DNA of 38,518 bases, from the IMG/VR virus record IMGVR_UViG_3300027811_000013, positions 1 to 38,518 of that record. One strand, given 5' to 3'. The notes below the pieces were generated by a model. That model did not search any database, was not told the DNA's origin, and saw only the letters and a program-made list of their open reading frames with translations. Position 1 is the stretch's first letter, and each line of letters starts with the position of its first letter. Origin of the DNA: a virus (taxonomy: Duplodnaviria > Caudoviricetes). The translations under genes were made by a program, and so were the position numbers. Of this stretch, positions 7,834-17,246 are shown piece by piece.

Positions 7834-9603
7834 CTACACCACTTGCAGATTGTGTTCGTTCACAGTATTCGTTCCCGTCTTATTCCATGAACCTTTGTAC
7901 GCATTGCCGAGAAGGATGTTGTAATTTGCTCCCAAGACCTCATCCAGTGCCTTCGCGCTTCCTCCAGTGCACATAATGCGGTTGCCCGTGATGACGACAC
8001 CCTGTGCAGTCGATTGCAACTCAATCCCGACAGCACTAGCTAGCGAAGACTCTATTAAATTCCCATGGACTGCCGCAGCCGTTTTCACCGATAGGCCCAG
8101 GCCAACATCGAAGATGGCGTTGTCGGAGATGATGTCAAACTGACTCACTTCGACAAAATACAGTCCCGTCTGGCCGGATTGCGAGTTCCCGCGAAGAATG
8201 TTGCCGTGAATTGTTCCTGTGCATTCGAGATTCATCGCGGGTGTTGCCGATGGCCATCCTTCGATGAGGTTGTGCATTATATTGATGTCGATGCACGAGA
8301 TCGCGCTTATATCAAGGGGAGCGGTGACCGTCACATTGCCGACGCGGTTGCCTACGATGTTGCCATTGACCACATTGATGCTCAAGTACATCCATTGACC
8401 GGCATCCATGGAGACGCAATTCATGACCTCGAACCCCGTGAGATTTCGGAGATAGATGTCTCGCACGGTCGACCCTGAAAATACACAATCGCGGATGGAC
8501 AGATTCGAGCCAGTGCCATCATACTGTATCGCCGTACCCTTGATATCCTTGAACTTCACGCGCTCGATAGTCACTCCACTTCCATTCATGAGAGTCAAAC
8601 CATAGGCATTCCCTGTTTGCACCGCCTTCTTGCCGTCGATTGTGAAATCTGCGAAATGATGTTTCCCTATCCCGCCTGGTTCCGACAGAAGTGTGAGGCC
8701 TGCCGAGCAGCCTGCTGGGTACTCGAATATCGTCGCATCCATGCCACTACCACGAAGAGTTACCGGCGCATTTGCGTCGGCATAAAGGTCATCCAATACA
8801 AAGGTTCCTGGCGCTACCGCGATACTCCCACCCTCGGCTGGAAACTGACCAATCATGTTCTGAAGTACGGTGAACAAACTAGTGGTGGAAGAAAACTGGA
8901 TTGCTCCCGTCTTTGTGTTTTTCGCCTTGTAATTCTTGGGCGCTCCTTCGTAGAACAGAATGTAATCCGCTGGACCTGGCGCAGCTGGCAGGAAACTCTG
9001 GCCATCCTTGTCGATTCTGGCCAGTACCGTGCCGTCATATTTCTTCCACTGAGCGATATCGACGGTCTGTCCATTCGCTGCAATGATTGTCTGCGTGACA
9101 ACACTTGGCTGCCCACTATCTATCAGATGTTTGTCCCCTATGCCCGATCTCCTGTCAGTTACATCATTGGTGAGAATGTACTGTCCTGTTTGTCTCAACC
9201 ATATCTCGGCCAGCACGACATCACCAGCGGCGAGTGCGTAAGATCCGCCAAAGTCTGGCGGCAAAGGCTTTCGTGTGTACCGTCCGATCTTGTTCATAGG
9301 CACAACGGCCTCTGTCGTGCCGACGACGGCTTTGACAGTGTTATCCGACGCATCCACGAATATGACGACCTTTTTCGGATAGATGGCGTGTTGTAGCGCT
9401 GACAGATTGAGAGAACTCGCGCCGATGATGATCTCCGCGCTACTATGCCGCACGACTCCAGCTGTCCAACTCACATCCGTGTCTGTCCCGTTGGCCGATA
9501 CGACACAGCCTTCAAGCACACCGATGCCTTCGGCGGCGAACCGGTCAATCTCATAGTCGAGCGCGAACTTCACATATCCGTCTTTGTCCCAACTTGTGGG
9601 CAT
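7834..9603 (-). CDS. Right-handed beta-helix (pectate-lyase-like) virion spike/fibre
   Basis: GGSIAVAPGTF..VTLRGSGMDATI..DFTIDG and repeated IxxNxI coils; N-terminal 'GVLEGCVVS' virion-attachment-like region. Confidence 0.8.
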   Translation of the reverse strand: MPTSWDKDGYVKFALDYEIDRFAAEGIGVLEGCVVSANGTDTDVSWTAGVVRHSSAEIIIGASSLNLSALQHAIYPKKVVIFVDASDNTVKAVVGTTEAVVPMNKIGRYTRKPLPPDFGGSYALAAGDVVLAEIWLRQTGQYILTNDVTDRRSGIGDKHLIDSGQPSVVTQTIIAANGQTVDIAQWKKYDGTVLARIDKDGQSFLPAAPGPADYILFYEGAPKNYKAKNTKTGAIQFSSTTSLFTVLQNMIGQFPAEGGSIAVAPGTFVLDDLYADANAPVTLRGSGMDATIFEYPAGCSAGLTLLSEPGGIGKHHFADFTIDGKKAVQTGNAYGLTLMNGSGVTIERVKFKDIKGTAIQYDGTGSNLSIRDCVFSGSTVRDIYLRNLTGFEVMNCVSMDAGQWMYLSINVVNGNIVGNRVGNVTVTAPLDISAISCIDINIMHNLIEGWPSATPAMNLECTGTIHGNILRGNSQSGQTGLYFVEVSQFDIISDNAIFDVGLGLSVKTAAAVHGNLIESSLASAVGIELQSTAQGVVITGNRIMCTGGSAKALDEVLGANYNILLGNAYKGSWNKTGTNTVNEHNLQVV

Positions 9604-9604
9604 C

Positions 9605-10966
9605 CTAAATCACCTTCCAGTACACTTTCTTCTGCTGAGCCGCATCCTGGGCGGCTTTGAGATCGTTTATCAGGGCTTGGATTTTCGGGCTTGTCGTTTC
9701 CTCGCCGCCGATCTTGAGATACCGATGGTAGATTTCCACGGCGCACAGCTTAAGGATTGTGTCCTTGATGGCTTGTGGCGCATCATAGTAACCATGCGTG
9801 TAGGTCACGGCCACAGCATCATACTTGTAAGGCAAGAGCTGTGTGATGGCGAGAGCGCCCTTGCGCATCATCTCCGCGCTCGCATAGTAGCCGGACATCT
9901 CGCTCAGCGGCATGGCCTGGAATGCACCACCGGTCACGCGCTTTTCCACGGCGCTGATGGCATTGATTGGCCAGTAGATTGTTTGCACAAAGCGCTCGCC
10001 TCGGCTGAGATCGTGCTTCTCGCTGGTCTCTGTGTCATACGCGAACAGCTTTTTTGTCCGTGGCACTTCGCTGTACCAGTTGTCATATCGGCGCTCCATC
10101 TGCTCCCCGATCGTTTCCAGCTCGTCGTCGCTGATTCCCTGCGCGACCGGCGGGCTGTCAAGCAGCCTTGTGGCCGCCAGGCGTATCTCGTCTACCCCCG
10201 ACACATACCGCTTAAGTTGCGTCCAGGGCGCGATTGTAGGGGTAAAGCCCACCTGATAGGCAAGTGTGTCGCCCGTGCCCGTCGGATTCAGCGTGGCCTC
10301 ATACGGGCCGCTATCACTTCCCCAGAAGATGTTCGTGAGGTCCTTGATGACATCGGCGGTCACAAGCACGCCCAGTGTGTTGCTCCACAGCCGATGACCG
10401 TAGCCCGCCACTTTGCCAGGCGTGGCGATTGAAATGGCAAGGCTGTTCTTGGTCAGCCGCAAATTCTTGAAATATTGACCGGCATTGGCATGCGCGTCCG
10501 ATGCGAAGTACAACGCCCTGTCGTTCTGTTCGAACCGACAGTCCTCAGCGAAGATCTGGTCCGTGTTCGTACCGCCCGTGATTGAAAGGCCGTCTTGACA
10601 GTGCATGATGCGGCACTTCCTGAATGCGCCTGAGCCGGACACGAATGACACGGCATCTTCAGCGTCCTCGAGTACGACCTCCAGGAAGTTGAGCGTCATA
10701 GCGCCTTGTGTCTTGAACCCTTTCCAGTTGCCGCGCCCTGGGCTGGCCGCATGAATGTGAATCGGCGCACTTGGTTCTCCGCCGGCCACGATTTGTCCGT
10801 CCGTGGCTTCAAACAGGAAGTCACCATCACTGATTACTTCGCAGCCTGGTAGAATGTTGAGGACTTGGCCCAGGCCCATCACACAGTCCCCGATTAGATG
10901 CACAGGGCTGGGATTGGTGTCGTCTCCCCACGCCTCTGTGATGATTGTCCCGCTTTTCTCTGTCAT
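9605..10966 (-). CDS. Head-tail adaptor with N-terminal beta-helix-like domain
   Basis: C-terminal WPINAISAVE..VTYTHGYYDAPQAIKDTILKLCA matches gp6/gp15-type adaptors; N-terminal coils with NIFWGSDSGPY..NPTGTGD. Confidence 0.7.
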   Translation of the reverse strand: MTEKSGTIITEAWGDDTNPSPVHLIGDCVMGLGQVLNILPGCEVISDGDFLFEATDGQIVAGGEPSAPIHIHAASPGRGNWKGFKTQGAMTLNFLEVVLEDAEDAVSFVSGSGAFRKCRIMHCQDGLSITGGTNTDQIFAEDCRFEQNDRALYFASDAHANAGQYFKNLRLTKNSLAISIATPGKVAGYGHRLWSNTLGVLVTADVIKDLTNIFWGSDSGPYEATLNPTGTGDTLAYQVGFTPTIAPWTQLKRYVSGVDEIRLAATRLLDSPPVAQGISDDELETIGEQMERRYDNWYSEVPRTKKLFAYDTETSEKHDLSRGERFVQTIYWPINAISAVEKRVTGGAFQAMPLSEMSGYYASAEMMRKGALAITQLLPYKYDAVAVTYTHGYYDAPQAIKDTILKLCAVEIYHRYLKIGGEETTSPKIQALINDLKAAQDAAQQKKVYWKVI

Positions 10967-10967
10967 G

Positions 10968-11252
10968 TCATCTCACCAAGTCCCACACGATCGCTATGAC
11001 CGTTGGAACGACCACGACAAGGATGCCAATGATTACCTTCCAAGTTGTCTCCATTACGGTCACACGCTTTTCTAGGCCATCAATCTTCGTATTCTCAGCC
11101 GTGCAGCGACCAGCCACGGCCTCACGCTCATCCTTCATGTCTTGTAGGGCCTGGTCTACCTTTGTCTCCAAGCCTTCCAGCTTGGTCACTGTGATGACTA
11201 TCAGGTCGTGGTCTCGCATGTCCCCGTACTGGCTCTTGTCGTTTGCATCCAT
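10968..11252 (-). CDS. Coiled-coil protein with C-terminal TM helix (lysis-associated/holin-like)
   Basis: Heptad region followed by VIIGILVVVVPTVIAIVW; GGAGG SD. Confidence 0.55.
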   Translation of the reverse strand: MDANDKSQYGDMRDHDLIVITVTKLEGLETKVDQALQDMKDEREAVAGRCTAENTKIDGLEKRVTVMETTWKVIIGILVVVVPTVIAIVWDLVR

Positions 11253-11286
11253 GTTCGTGCCTCCGAAAAAGGTTTGGATGCCACGG

Positions 11287-11571
11287 TCAGCCCGTGGCCT
11301 TCTGGACTATCGCCTTCAGTAAGTCCATGCCCACATACGCCATACCAATGACGGTAGGCGCGAGGACGACGAACAACTCCAAAGGCTCCAGGTCTTTCAG
11401 CGCTACAGTTATCATGCCGTACCCGAACACAAGGGCTACGACTATGCCGGCGAACACCCTCGCGCCGATCTGCGACGGACTCGTCTCTTGTGGCGGCAAG
11501 ATCGCGTGTAGAAGTCCTCCGATGAAGCCGAGCACCAGCAAGACAGACAGTGTGACTATATCCATTCCCAT
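11287..11571 (-). CDS. Three-TM small membrane protein (holin-like)
   Basis: Three hydrophobic segments; GGAGGTG SD before MGMDIV. Confidence 0.6.
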   Translation of the reverse strand: MGMDIVTLSVLLVLGFIGGLLHAILPPQETSPSQIGARVFAGIVVALVFGYGMITVALKDLEPLELFVVLAPTVIGMAYVGMDLLKAIVQKATG

Positions 11572-11572
11572 T

Positions 11573-13657
11573 TCACCTCCTCCACCAAGAACCTGCTTCG
11601 CTTGGCGCTGTCGGCGGCGTTGACCAATCGACACAAGCCTGGATGGCTTTGTTTATGCTCACCGTGCCCTTGACACGGCTGTTAATCTGCTTTTGAATCT
11701 GGAAATTGCCCAGGACGCGGGCGGCGCTGTTCTTGGTGATTGTCACGCCTTGCGCCTTGACACGGGCCTGGATGTTTCTTGTCGTGCTCAATGTGGCCTT
11801 GATTCGCGCGCCGACCTGCTTCGTCACTTCAAGACCGAATGCCTTAATTCGCGCAGCGGCATCCTTATTGATTGAATAGGTCGTTGGGCCGCCAGGTGGG
11901 CCGACTCTGGCATTGCAGACCTTGTCTATTGTCAATGCCAATGCCTTAACTCTAGCACCAATGTCTTTCGTGACCGCGATACCGAACGCCTTCACACGGC
12001 TAGCCGCATCCTTGGTAAGCGATATGCCTTCTGCCTTCACTCGAGAACCTATGTTTTTCGTGATAGACTCGGTGGCAATATAGGTCACGCGCACGAAGAT
12101 GACATCCAAGTACATGGTGAACCCAGTTGCGTCGTTGCCCTGCTTACAGGCGATTCTCACTTGGTTATTCGTGTTGTTCAATTCATCCCAAGTCCACGAC
12201 CGCCCGTTGGTGACATCCGCCCAAATTGTTGCCGTCTCTACGAGTACCTCACAAGTCACTTCGTCCATCACGGACTCTGTCCCCCATGATGAACCGCCTG
12301 TCCATGAGATTTCCCTGCCCATCGTGGCGATGATGCTCGTGATTGTGCTGAGGTAGTGCTGTGTCCCGATCTCGACCTTGGTAATTCTTGTCACTTCCGG
12401 GCTAGGATTCACGACTCCGAAGGTCGTCCAGATGCCGTTCTTCTCCGTATTCTTCGCGGCAATCTCGCATGATGCCTTGTTCGCATCATCCGCATAGGCA
12501 TATGTCGGGTTTGTCCACTCTGTCGTGCTTGTACCCGTCGGAGCGTAAACGCTCAGTCCCCACTTGACTATCGTGCCAGTCCTCGTCCCGGATGTGTAAG
12601 TGTCTGAATCATAGAACAGCGCGTATCCAGATGCCACGGTGATTGTGCCCCCGTTCTGCGACAGCGCACCTACGCGCGCATTCACATTCACATTCCATGT
12701 CCCGTTGGTAACATCCGTTGCGCCAATGACTCTGAAATATCCCGCGTGTGTATGTGACGAGTTCGCTCCGCTTTGCATGTACGAGCCGAAGGTCCACTTC
12801 CCAGTCCCTTGCGAAAGTATCCCTCTGCTTCCGAGCGTCATAGTGCCCGCTACGGTCAGCGTGTAATTCGAGTTATGTGCGACTGTCATGTTATATGTCG
12901 CAGATGCCGAACCCACCCACAATGCGGAAGCGAACACCGTATCCTCCCCGAGGGTCAATATCTGATGTGATGCCGCGTAAGAACCCGCCTCAATCATGGT
13001 CGGGCAAGACACTGTCCCGAAAGTGACCGGATATGGTACATCATCCTTGTCCGGGATGATTTTGAGCATGCCTGCTCCAGTGATCGTTCCATCGTTGTCT
13101 ATGATGTCTCCTGTCGGTGAGCCCGTGTAGTGTACCTCAAATGTCTTGGTAGTCGGGATTTCCAAACTCTTCCCCGATTCCACCACGAGTCTGGCAGCGC
13201 CTGTTTGAGCAGTCCCCGTGGTGCTTATAGTACCGGCAACACGCAGCTTCCAGAGCAAAGTCCCTTTGGCGAACTGAAGGGATTTGCCACTTCCCGTCAT
13301 TCGCAAGTCCGTTACTTCGTCGGCCCATGTCTGAGCGATATTGTTCGTCCTGATGACATTTCCACCGACTACCCAGAATGAAGTGGTAGCAAAGTCGATG
13401 CGACCTTGTGTGAAAGTCATGTCTCCGTCTATGTAGACTGTTATCCCGGCAGTTGGCGTAATCCATGCGCCGCCTCCCCCATCTGCCAGCAAGAACGAAC
13501 CAAGGTGGGCAGTTGTGACATCAATCTGGCATCTTCCATCAACGCTGAGGTCGTCGAAGACTACATCCTCGCCGGCCTCCGGTTCGTGACCTAGCGACCA
13601 GGCTGCATCATTCGACCAGTTGGTGTTGCTCACAGCCCTCCAGTAGTTAGTCGCCAT
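11573..13657 (-). CDS. Large adhesin-like virion protein with C-terminal repeats
   Basis: 694 aa, Thr/Gly-rich; N-terminal YW..NWS..AWS..P..GEDVVFD adhesin-like start; about 10 C-terminal K-x-x-x-[AS]-R-[VI] repeats. Confidence 0.7.
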   Translation of the reverse strand: MATNYWRAVSNTNWSNDAAWSLGHEPEAGEDVVFDDLSVDGRCQIDVTTAHLGSFLLADGGGGAWITPTAGITVYIDGDMTFTQGRIDFATTSFWVVGGNVIRTNNIAQTWADEVTDLRMTGSGKSLQFAKGTLLWKLRVAGTISTTGTAQTGAARLVVESGKSLEIPTTKTFEVHYTGSPTGDIIDNDGTITGAGMLKIIPDKDDVPYPVTFGTVSCPTMIEAGSYAASHQILTLGEDTVFASALWVGSASATYNMTVAHNSNYTLTVAGTMTLGSRGILSQGTGKWTFGSYMQSGANSSHTHAGYFRVIGATDVTNGTWNVNVNARVGALSQNGGTITVASGYALFYDSDTYTSGTRTGTIVKWGLSVYAPTGTSTTEWTNPTYAYADDANKASCEIAAKNTEKNGIWTTFGVVNPSPEVTRITKVEIGTQHYLSTITSIIATMGREISWTGGSSWGTESVMDEVTCEVLVETATIWADVTNGRSWTWDELNNTNNQVRIACKQGNDATGFTMYLDVIFVRVTYIATESITKNIGSRVKAEGISLTKDAASRVKAFGIAVTKDIGARVKALALTIDKVCNARVGPPGGPTTYSINKDAAARIKAFGLEVTKQVGARIKATLSTTRNIQARVKAQGVTITKNSAARVLGNFQIQKQINSRVKGTVSINKAIQACVDWSTPPTAPSEAGSWWRR

Positions 13658-13874
13658 ACTTCACTCCTGTCCGTGCATCCTTGGCACAGGCCCACCACCA
13701 GGGCGGGTACTCTACCGAGCTGATATTCCCCAATGTGATAACAGTGAACGGCAGATGGATGTCGATGTAGTGCTTGCCTCCGAGTCTCACATCCACGTGA
13801 ACTCCGAAGTTGAGTGGGCCTGCCCATCTCGCACCGGTCTGAATCATCCAATGCTTGCCTTTCCAGATCTTCAT
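13647..13874 (-). CDS. Hypothetical protein
   Basis: MKIWKGKHW start with GGAGG SD; overlaps neighbours. Confidence 0.55.
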   Translation of the reverse strand: MKIWKGKHWMIQTGARWAGPLNFGVHVDVRLGGKHYIDIHLPFTVITLGNISSVEYPPWWWACAKDARTGVKYGD

Positions 13875-14263
13875 CAATCCAGACCTCCCCGCCCGTCGTC
13901 GGACAGCAGCGCGCTGAAGAACTGGCCCTTTTCGTTCAGCTCGAACATGTGAACACACTTCTTCCCGTCGTACCGGTCTTTCCAGCCGATGTAGTAGGCC
14001 CGCATGTGGCCCAGCACACGCCCGTCGTCCGTCCCGATCGTGATTCGCGGCTTGCAGAACCAGATGATTTGACAGTTGGGCGGTGGTTGTACGCGAAATC
14101 GCATGCCGTTTCTGAAGACGACGAGCAGACTGGTTGCCTTGGCCTTGTGCTCCAATTTGGGATAGTCATCGCTACCTCTCATGATTGTCCCGTCCGGCAT
14201 CTCCATGTGCCAGGACTCATGCAGCATAGGCTCTGCCTTGTCGCCCGCCTTGTCCGTTTTCAA
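13874..14263 (-). CDS. Hypothetical protein
   Basis: ORF with AGGAGG SD in structural operon. Confidence 0.65.
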   Translation of the reverse strand: MKTDKAGDKAEPMLHESWHMEMPDGTIMRGSDDYPKLEHKAKATSLLVVFRNGMRFRVQPPPNCQIIWFCKPRITIGTDDGRVLGHMRAYYIGWKDRYDGKKCVHMFELNEKGQFFSALLSDDGRGGLD

Positions 14264-14274
14264 GGTGCGCCTCC

Positions 14275-14787
14275 TTATTGCTCGTCGTACTGGAAGGTTA
14301 TCGTCTTCGTGTTCAGGTCGCCTTGCGGCGTGCTGCCCGTGGTCTGCAGCTGGAACTTAAGATAGTCGCTGTACCCAACGGCTACCAAGTTGCCTGTCAA
14401 GCTGCCGCCGATGCCCAGGTTCGCTGCGCCAGGATCGGCTTCAGGTATCGCGTAGGCCGTGTAGGTCGTCTTTGTCCCTTGCACATAGACCGTCACCTTC
14501 ACGGTATCGTAGTTGCCTTGTGTCGTGTGCAGACTGGCCTGGATGCCTTCGCCCGTCTTGTACGCGCCTGCCGATTTGTACACCTGGAAGTTATCCAGCT
14601 TGTTTGCTGTTCCAGCCGACCAGTGCATGCGCGCATTCTTCGCGTAGGCGTTCTCGCCTTGTGGAATCGGATAGGCCGTGTAGTCAAGGTTCGCGGCTTC
14701 CGTGTCGCCACAGTTCAGGTTGCTGACATTATGCGTGATGGTTTCCGATGAGCCGTTGCTCTCACAGATCTCAACTGTTGCGACCAT
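14275..14787 (-). CDS. Putative virion structural protein
   Basis: 170 aa, Thr/Gly/Asn-rich beta protein ending TITFQYDEQ; in head-neck region. Confidence 0.65.
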   Translation of the reverse strand: MVATVEICESNGSSETITHNVSNLNCGDTEAANLDYTAYPIPQGENAYAKNARMHWSAGTANKLDNFQVYKSAGAYKTGEGIQASLHTTQGNYDTVKVTVYVQGTKTTYTAYAIPEADPGAANLGIGGSLTGNLVAVGYSDYLKFQLQTTGSTPQGDLNTKTITFQYDEQ

Positions 14788-14788
14788 G

Positions 14789-14965
14789 TTAGCTCCTCAG
14801 CACGAAACCGACATCTCGCGGTGTCAGCCCGTTGGCTGCTTCACAGTGATGGTCCATGTAACCATCAATCGTCTGCCAGCCCTTCCCGCAGCGGCCACAC
14901 TTGTGCCCGACAAAGCCTGGCGGCGCTTCCTTTGGTTCCTGCTTCTTCTTGTGCCACCATTGCAT
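14789..14965 (-). CDS. Small zinc-finger protein (58 aa, not in ORF track)
   Basis: MQWWHKKKQEPKEAPPGFVGHKCGRCGKGWQTIDGYMDHHCEAANGLTPRDVGFVLRS; fills the gap between neighbours. Confidence 0.65.
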   Translation of the reverse strand: MQWWHKKKQEPKEAPPGFVGHKCGRCGKGWQTIDGYMDHHCEAANGLTPRDVGFVLRS

Positions 14966-14969
14966 GAGC

Positions 14970-15419
14970 TCACCCGATCGGTTCGCAAGTCACGACGATG
15001 ACGACTTCACCAGTCGCACCGGCGTTCTTGGCCGTTGCGTTCCTGTTCACCAAGGACACATGCAGTTTCGGCTCGACGGCTGGCGCATCATCATCCACAT
15101 AGATGATTGGCGCGGCCAGTTCCTTGCTCGCGTAGTATGTGCCAGTCACGCCTAGTTGTTTCTGGTCTGCTACGGCGATCGCCACACGGCTTATGAACGC
15201 GTCCAGGTCCATGTCCGCATCTTCAGCCGTTGCCTTGTTCCAGAACACCAACTCCCAGTCTAGAGCCTGGTCTGCCATCATTGTCCACTCTATGATGGCA
15301 AACTTCTTCGCGCCCGCGCCTGTCGGTATGTCCTCTTGCTCAGCTGCGTTCTGAACTATCGCTCCCGTGAAGTGCGTGTCCTTGTCCGAGCGTACTCTGA
15401 ATACATCGGTTCTAGCCAT
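14970..15419 (-). CDS. Putative structural protein
   Basis: 149 aa, GGAGGTGA SD, downstream of MCP. Confidence 0.65.
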   Translation of the reverse strand: MARTDVFRVRSDKDTHFTGAIVQNAAEQEDIPTGAGAKKFAIIEWTMMADQALDWELVFWNKATAEDADMDLDAFISRVAIAVADQKQLGVTGTYYASKELAAPIIYVDDDAPAVEPKLHVSLVNRNATAKNAGATGEVVIVVTCEPIG

Positions 15420-15435
15420 GGGCGTTCACCTCCGC

Positions 15436-15738
15436 CTATGGCGAACCGATGACGAACAGATACCACAGTCCCAGATCTGATGTCGCCGCTACTTCCGCTG
15501 CCAGCGTGGCATTGAACTTCAGCTTGCCGTTGGCCTTGTCCCAGTTCGGGATGGCCACGCCCGCCAATGTCCCACCACCAGCATGCGTCGCGAACACCGC
15601 ATCCATGGCCGTTAGGCCAAGTGATGCAGGGCTCAGCGTCTCGCCGCCCGTGGTATAGCTGGTCACATCCATGTACACCAGGCGTACCGCCATGTTGCCC
15701 GCCACGATCTTCCTGACATCCGTTACTGTCGAGGTCAT
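15436..15738 (-). CDS. Putative head decoration/cement protein
   Basis: 100 aa; SYTTGGE..LGL..WD..NGKLK..G pattern seen in small post-MCP proteins. Confidence 0.55.
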   Translation of the reverse strand: MTSTVTDVRKIVAGNMAVRLVYMDVTSYTTGGETLSPASLGLTAMDAVFATHAGGGTLAGVAIPNWDKANGKLKFNATLAAEVAATSDLGLWYLFVIGSP

Positions 15739-15750
15739 GTTTGTGCCTCC

Positions 15751-16008
15751 TTAGTTGCTCCCTTTCGTTTTCCGAACGACCTTGGCCACGGCCTCCGTAG
15801 CCTTGTCCACAGCGATCTTGACCATAGGTTCAACTACGGCCCAGTCCTGCGGATTGACTTCAGCCATCCGCCTGAACATGGCTATGTCTTGTTCGTCCTT
15901 CACTTCCACGGGCGCGCCAGGCACGAACATGTAAGCTTCTGGTCTCGTGCTATCTGCACCCTTGTGTTTCACATGCCCCAGCGCCCCTTTGTAGACTACT
16001 TGTACCAT
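15751..16008 (-). CDS. Hypothetical protein downstream of MCP
   Basis: MVQVVYKG..FVPGAPVEV; GGAGG SD. Confidence 0.65.
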   Translation of the reverse strand: MVQVVYKGALGHVKHKGADSTRPEAYMFVPGAPVEVKDEQDIAMFRRMAEVNPQDWAVVEPMVKIAVDKATEAVAKVVRKTKGSN

Positions 16009-16049
16009 GTTGCTTCCTCCGTTCAAGGAAATGGGAAAGGGTTTAGGGA

Positions 16050-17213
16050 CTACTTCAGGTCCCTCAATCTGGCACAGGTCTTCGGGAACATGTCGATGAG
16101 TTCACCGATGCCGTACCACACGCCTCTGATGAGGTGTCCGACAGCGAACATGTCGTCGCTTTCCTGGTATCCGATCGGCTGACCGAACTGGAACGCGAGA
16201 TAGTCGTTGTCCATCAGGTACACTGGCGAGATCGTGTCGTCCGTCTTGTCCACGGCGTCGCTCACGACGAACGGAAATCCGTCCCATGTGGCCATCTTGC
16301 CGCCGGTCATCTGGATGCCAGGCCCTACCTGGACTCCATCGCCAAGCGTGATCTTGAACGCCTCCATGCTGTACCTCACTTTCGCGGCCTCGAGTTCGCT
16401 TATTCGCATCAGAGAGTCAGGCCCAGTGGCATAGAACTTGTTCGCCAAGCTCGTCCAGTATGGCATGACGGCTTCCCACATGTCGTTGAGCAGCGCAACC
16501 TGCAGGTCTCTGTCCGTGCCAGAAGCAGCGTACAGTGGGTTGCTGTTGAACCATGTCTCCGTGCTCCTGTCCACGCCGTACAGATCCTCATCGCCGTCCG
16601 TGTAGCTCTCGGCGACTCTCTCAGCATCAGATGCCGTTATCCTGTGGATAGACTCGGCATTTGCGCCTGCCAGCGTGTTGAAGTTCTTGTTGATGTCGTT
16701 CTCCATCGCCCTCCAGAAGTCGGACTCCACCGTTCTCCTGTTCTGGTCAACGGCTACGCCATCTGCGATCTTCTGCAAGACTCGCAGCCTGGTCGTGTAG
16801 TCCGTCACGACCTCGAACTCCTTTGGTGTCGGGCCGATCTCGTAGTACACCGGCTCAACCGCTGTACCGAGCGCGCCGCCCTCTGCTACACCAAGCCCGC
16901 TGGTCTTGGATGCTGTCTTCACAGCCCTCCAGCCCTGTCTGCTCCAGCCCTTCTTGGGAATCGCTCCCGTGATGTTGTTCTTGGTGGCGTAGTTGGTGAT
17001 GACAGCCAGGTCGTATACGGCGTTTATCGCGCCTACATCCGCTGTCGTCAAGGCCGCCTTGGCCATCTCATCTACGGTCACCAGCTCCGTGCCGCGGCCA
17101 TCCTGCGTCGGAGACTTGAGCTCCAGCGCCTTGATGGCTCTCTCGCGGTAGTATGTTTCCAAGTCGATGCCGTCCTCATCGAAGAACGACATCAGCTCTT
17201 CCTTTCTACCCAT
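16050..17213 (-). CDS. Major capsid protein (HK97 fold)
   Basis: ~387 aa after protease/scaffold; GVAEGG E-loop-like segment, 'ATWDGFPFVVSDAV', C-terminal 'GELI..PKTCARLRDLK'. Confidence 0.85.
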   Translation of the reverse strand: MGRKEELMSFFDEDGIDLETYYRERAIKALELKSPTQDGRGTELVTVDEMAKAALTTADVGAINAVYDLAVITNYATKNNITGAIPKKGWSRQGWRAVKTASKTSGLGVAEGGALGTAVEPVYYEIGPTPKEFEVVTDYTTRLRVLQKIADGVAVDQNRRTVESDFWRAMENDINKNFNTLAGANAESIHRITASDAERVAESYTDGDEDLYGVDRSTETWFNSNPLYAASGTDRDLQVALLNDMWEAVMPYWTSLANKFYATGPDSLMRISELEAAKVRYSMEAFKITLGDGVQVGPGIQMTGGKMATWDGFPFVVSDAVDKTDDTISPVYLMDNDYLAFQFGQPIGYQESDDMFAVGHLIRGVWYGIGELIDMFPKTCARLRDLK

Positions 17214-17246
17214 GGGTTTCACCTTTTGGGTTCTCCGCTTTCTTGC

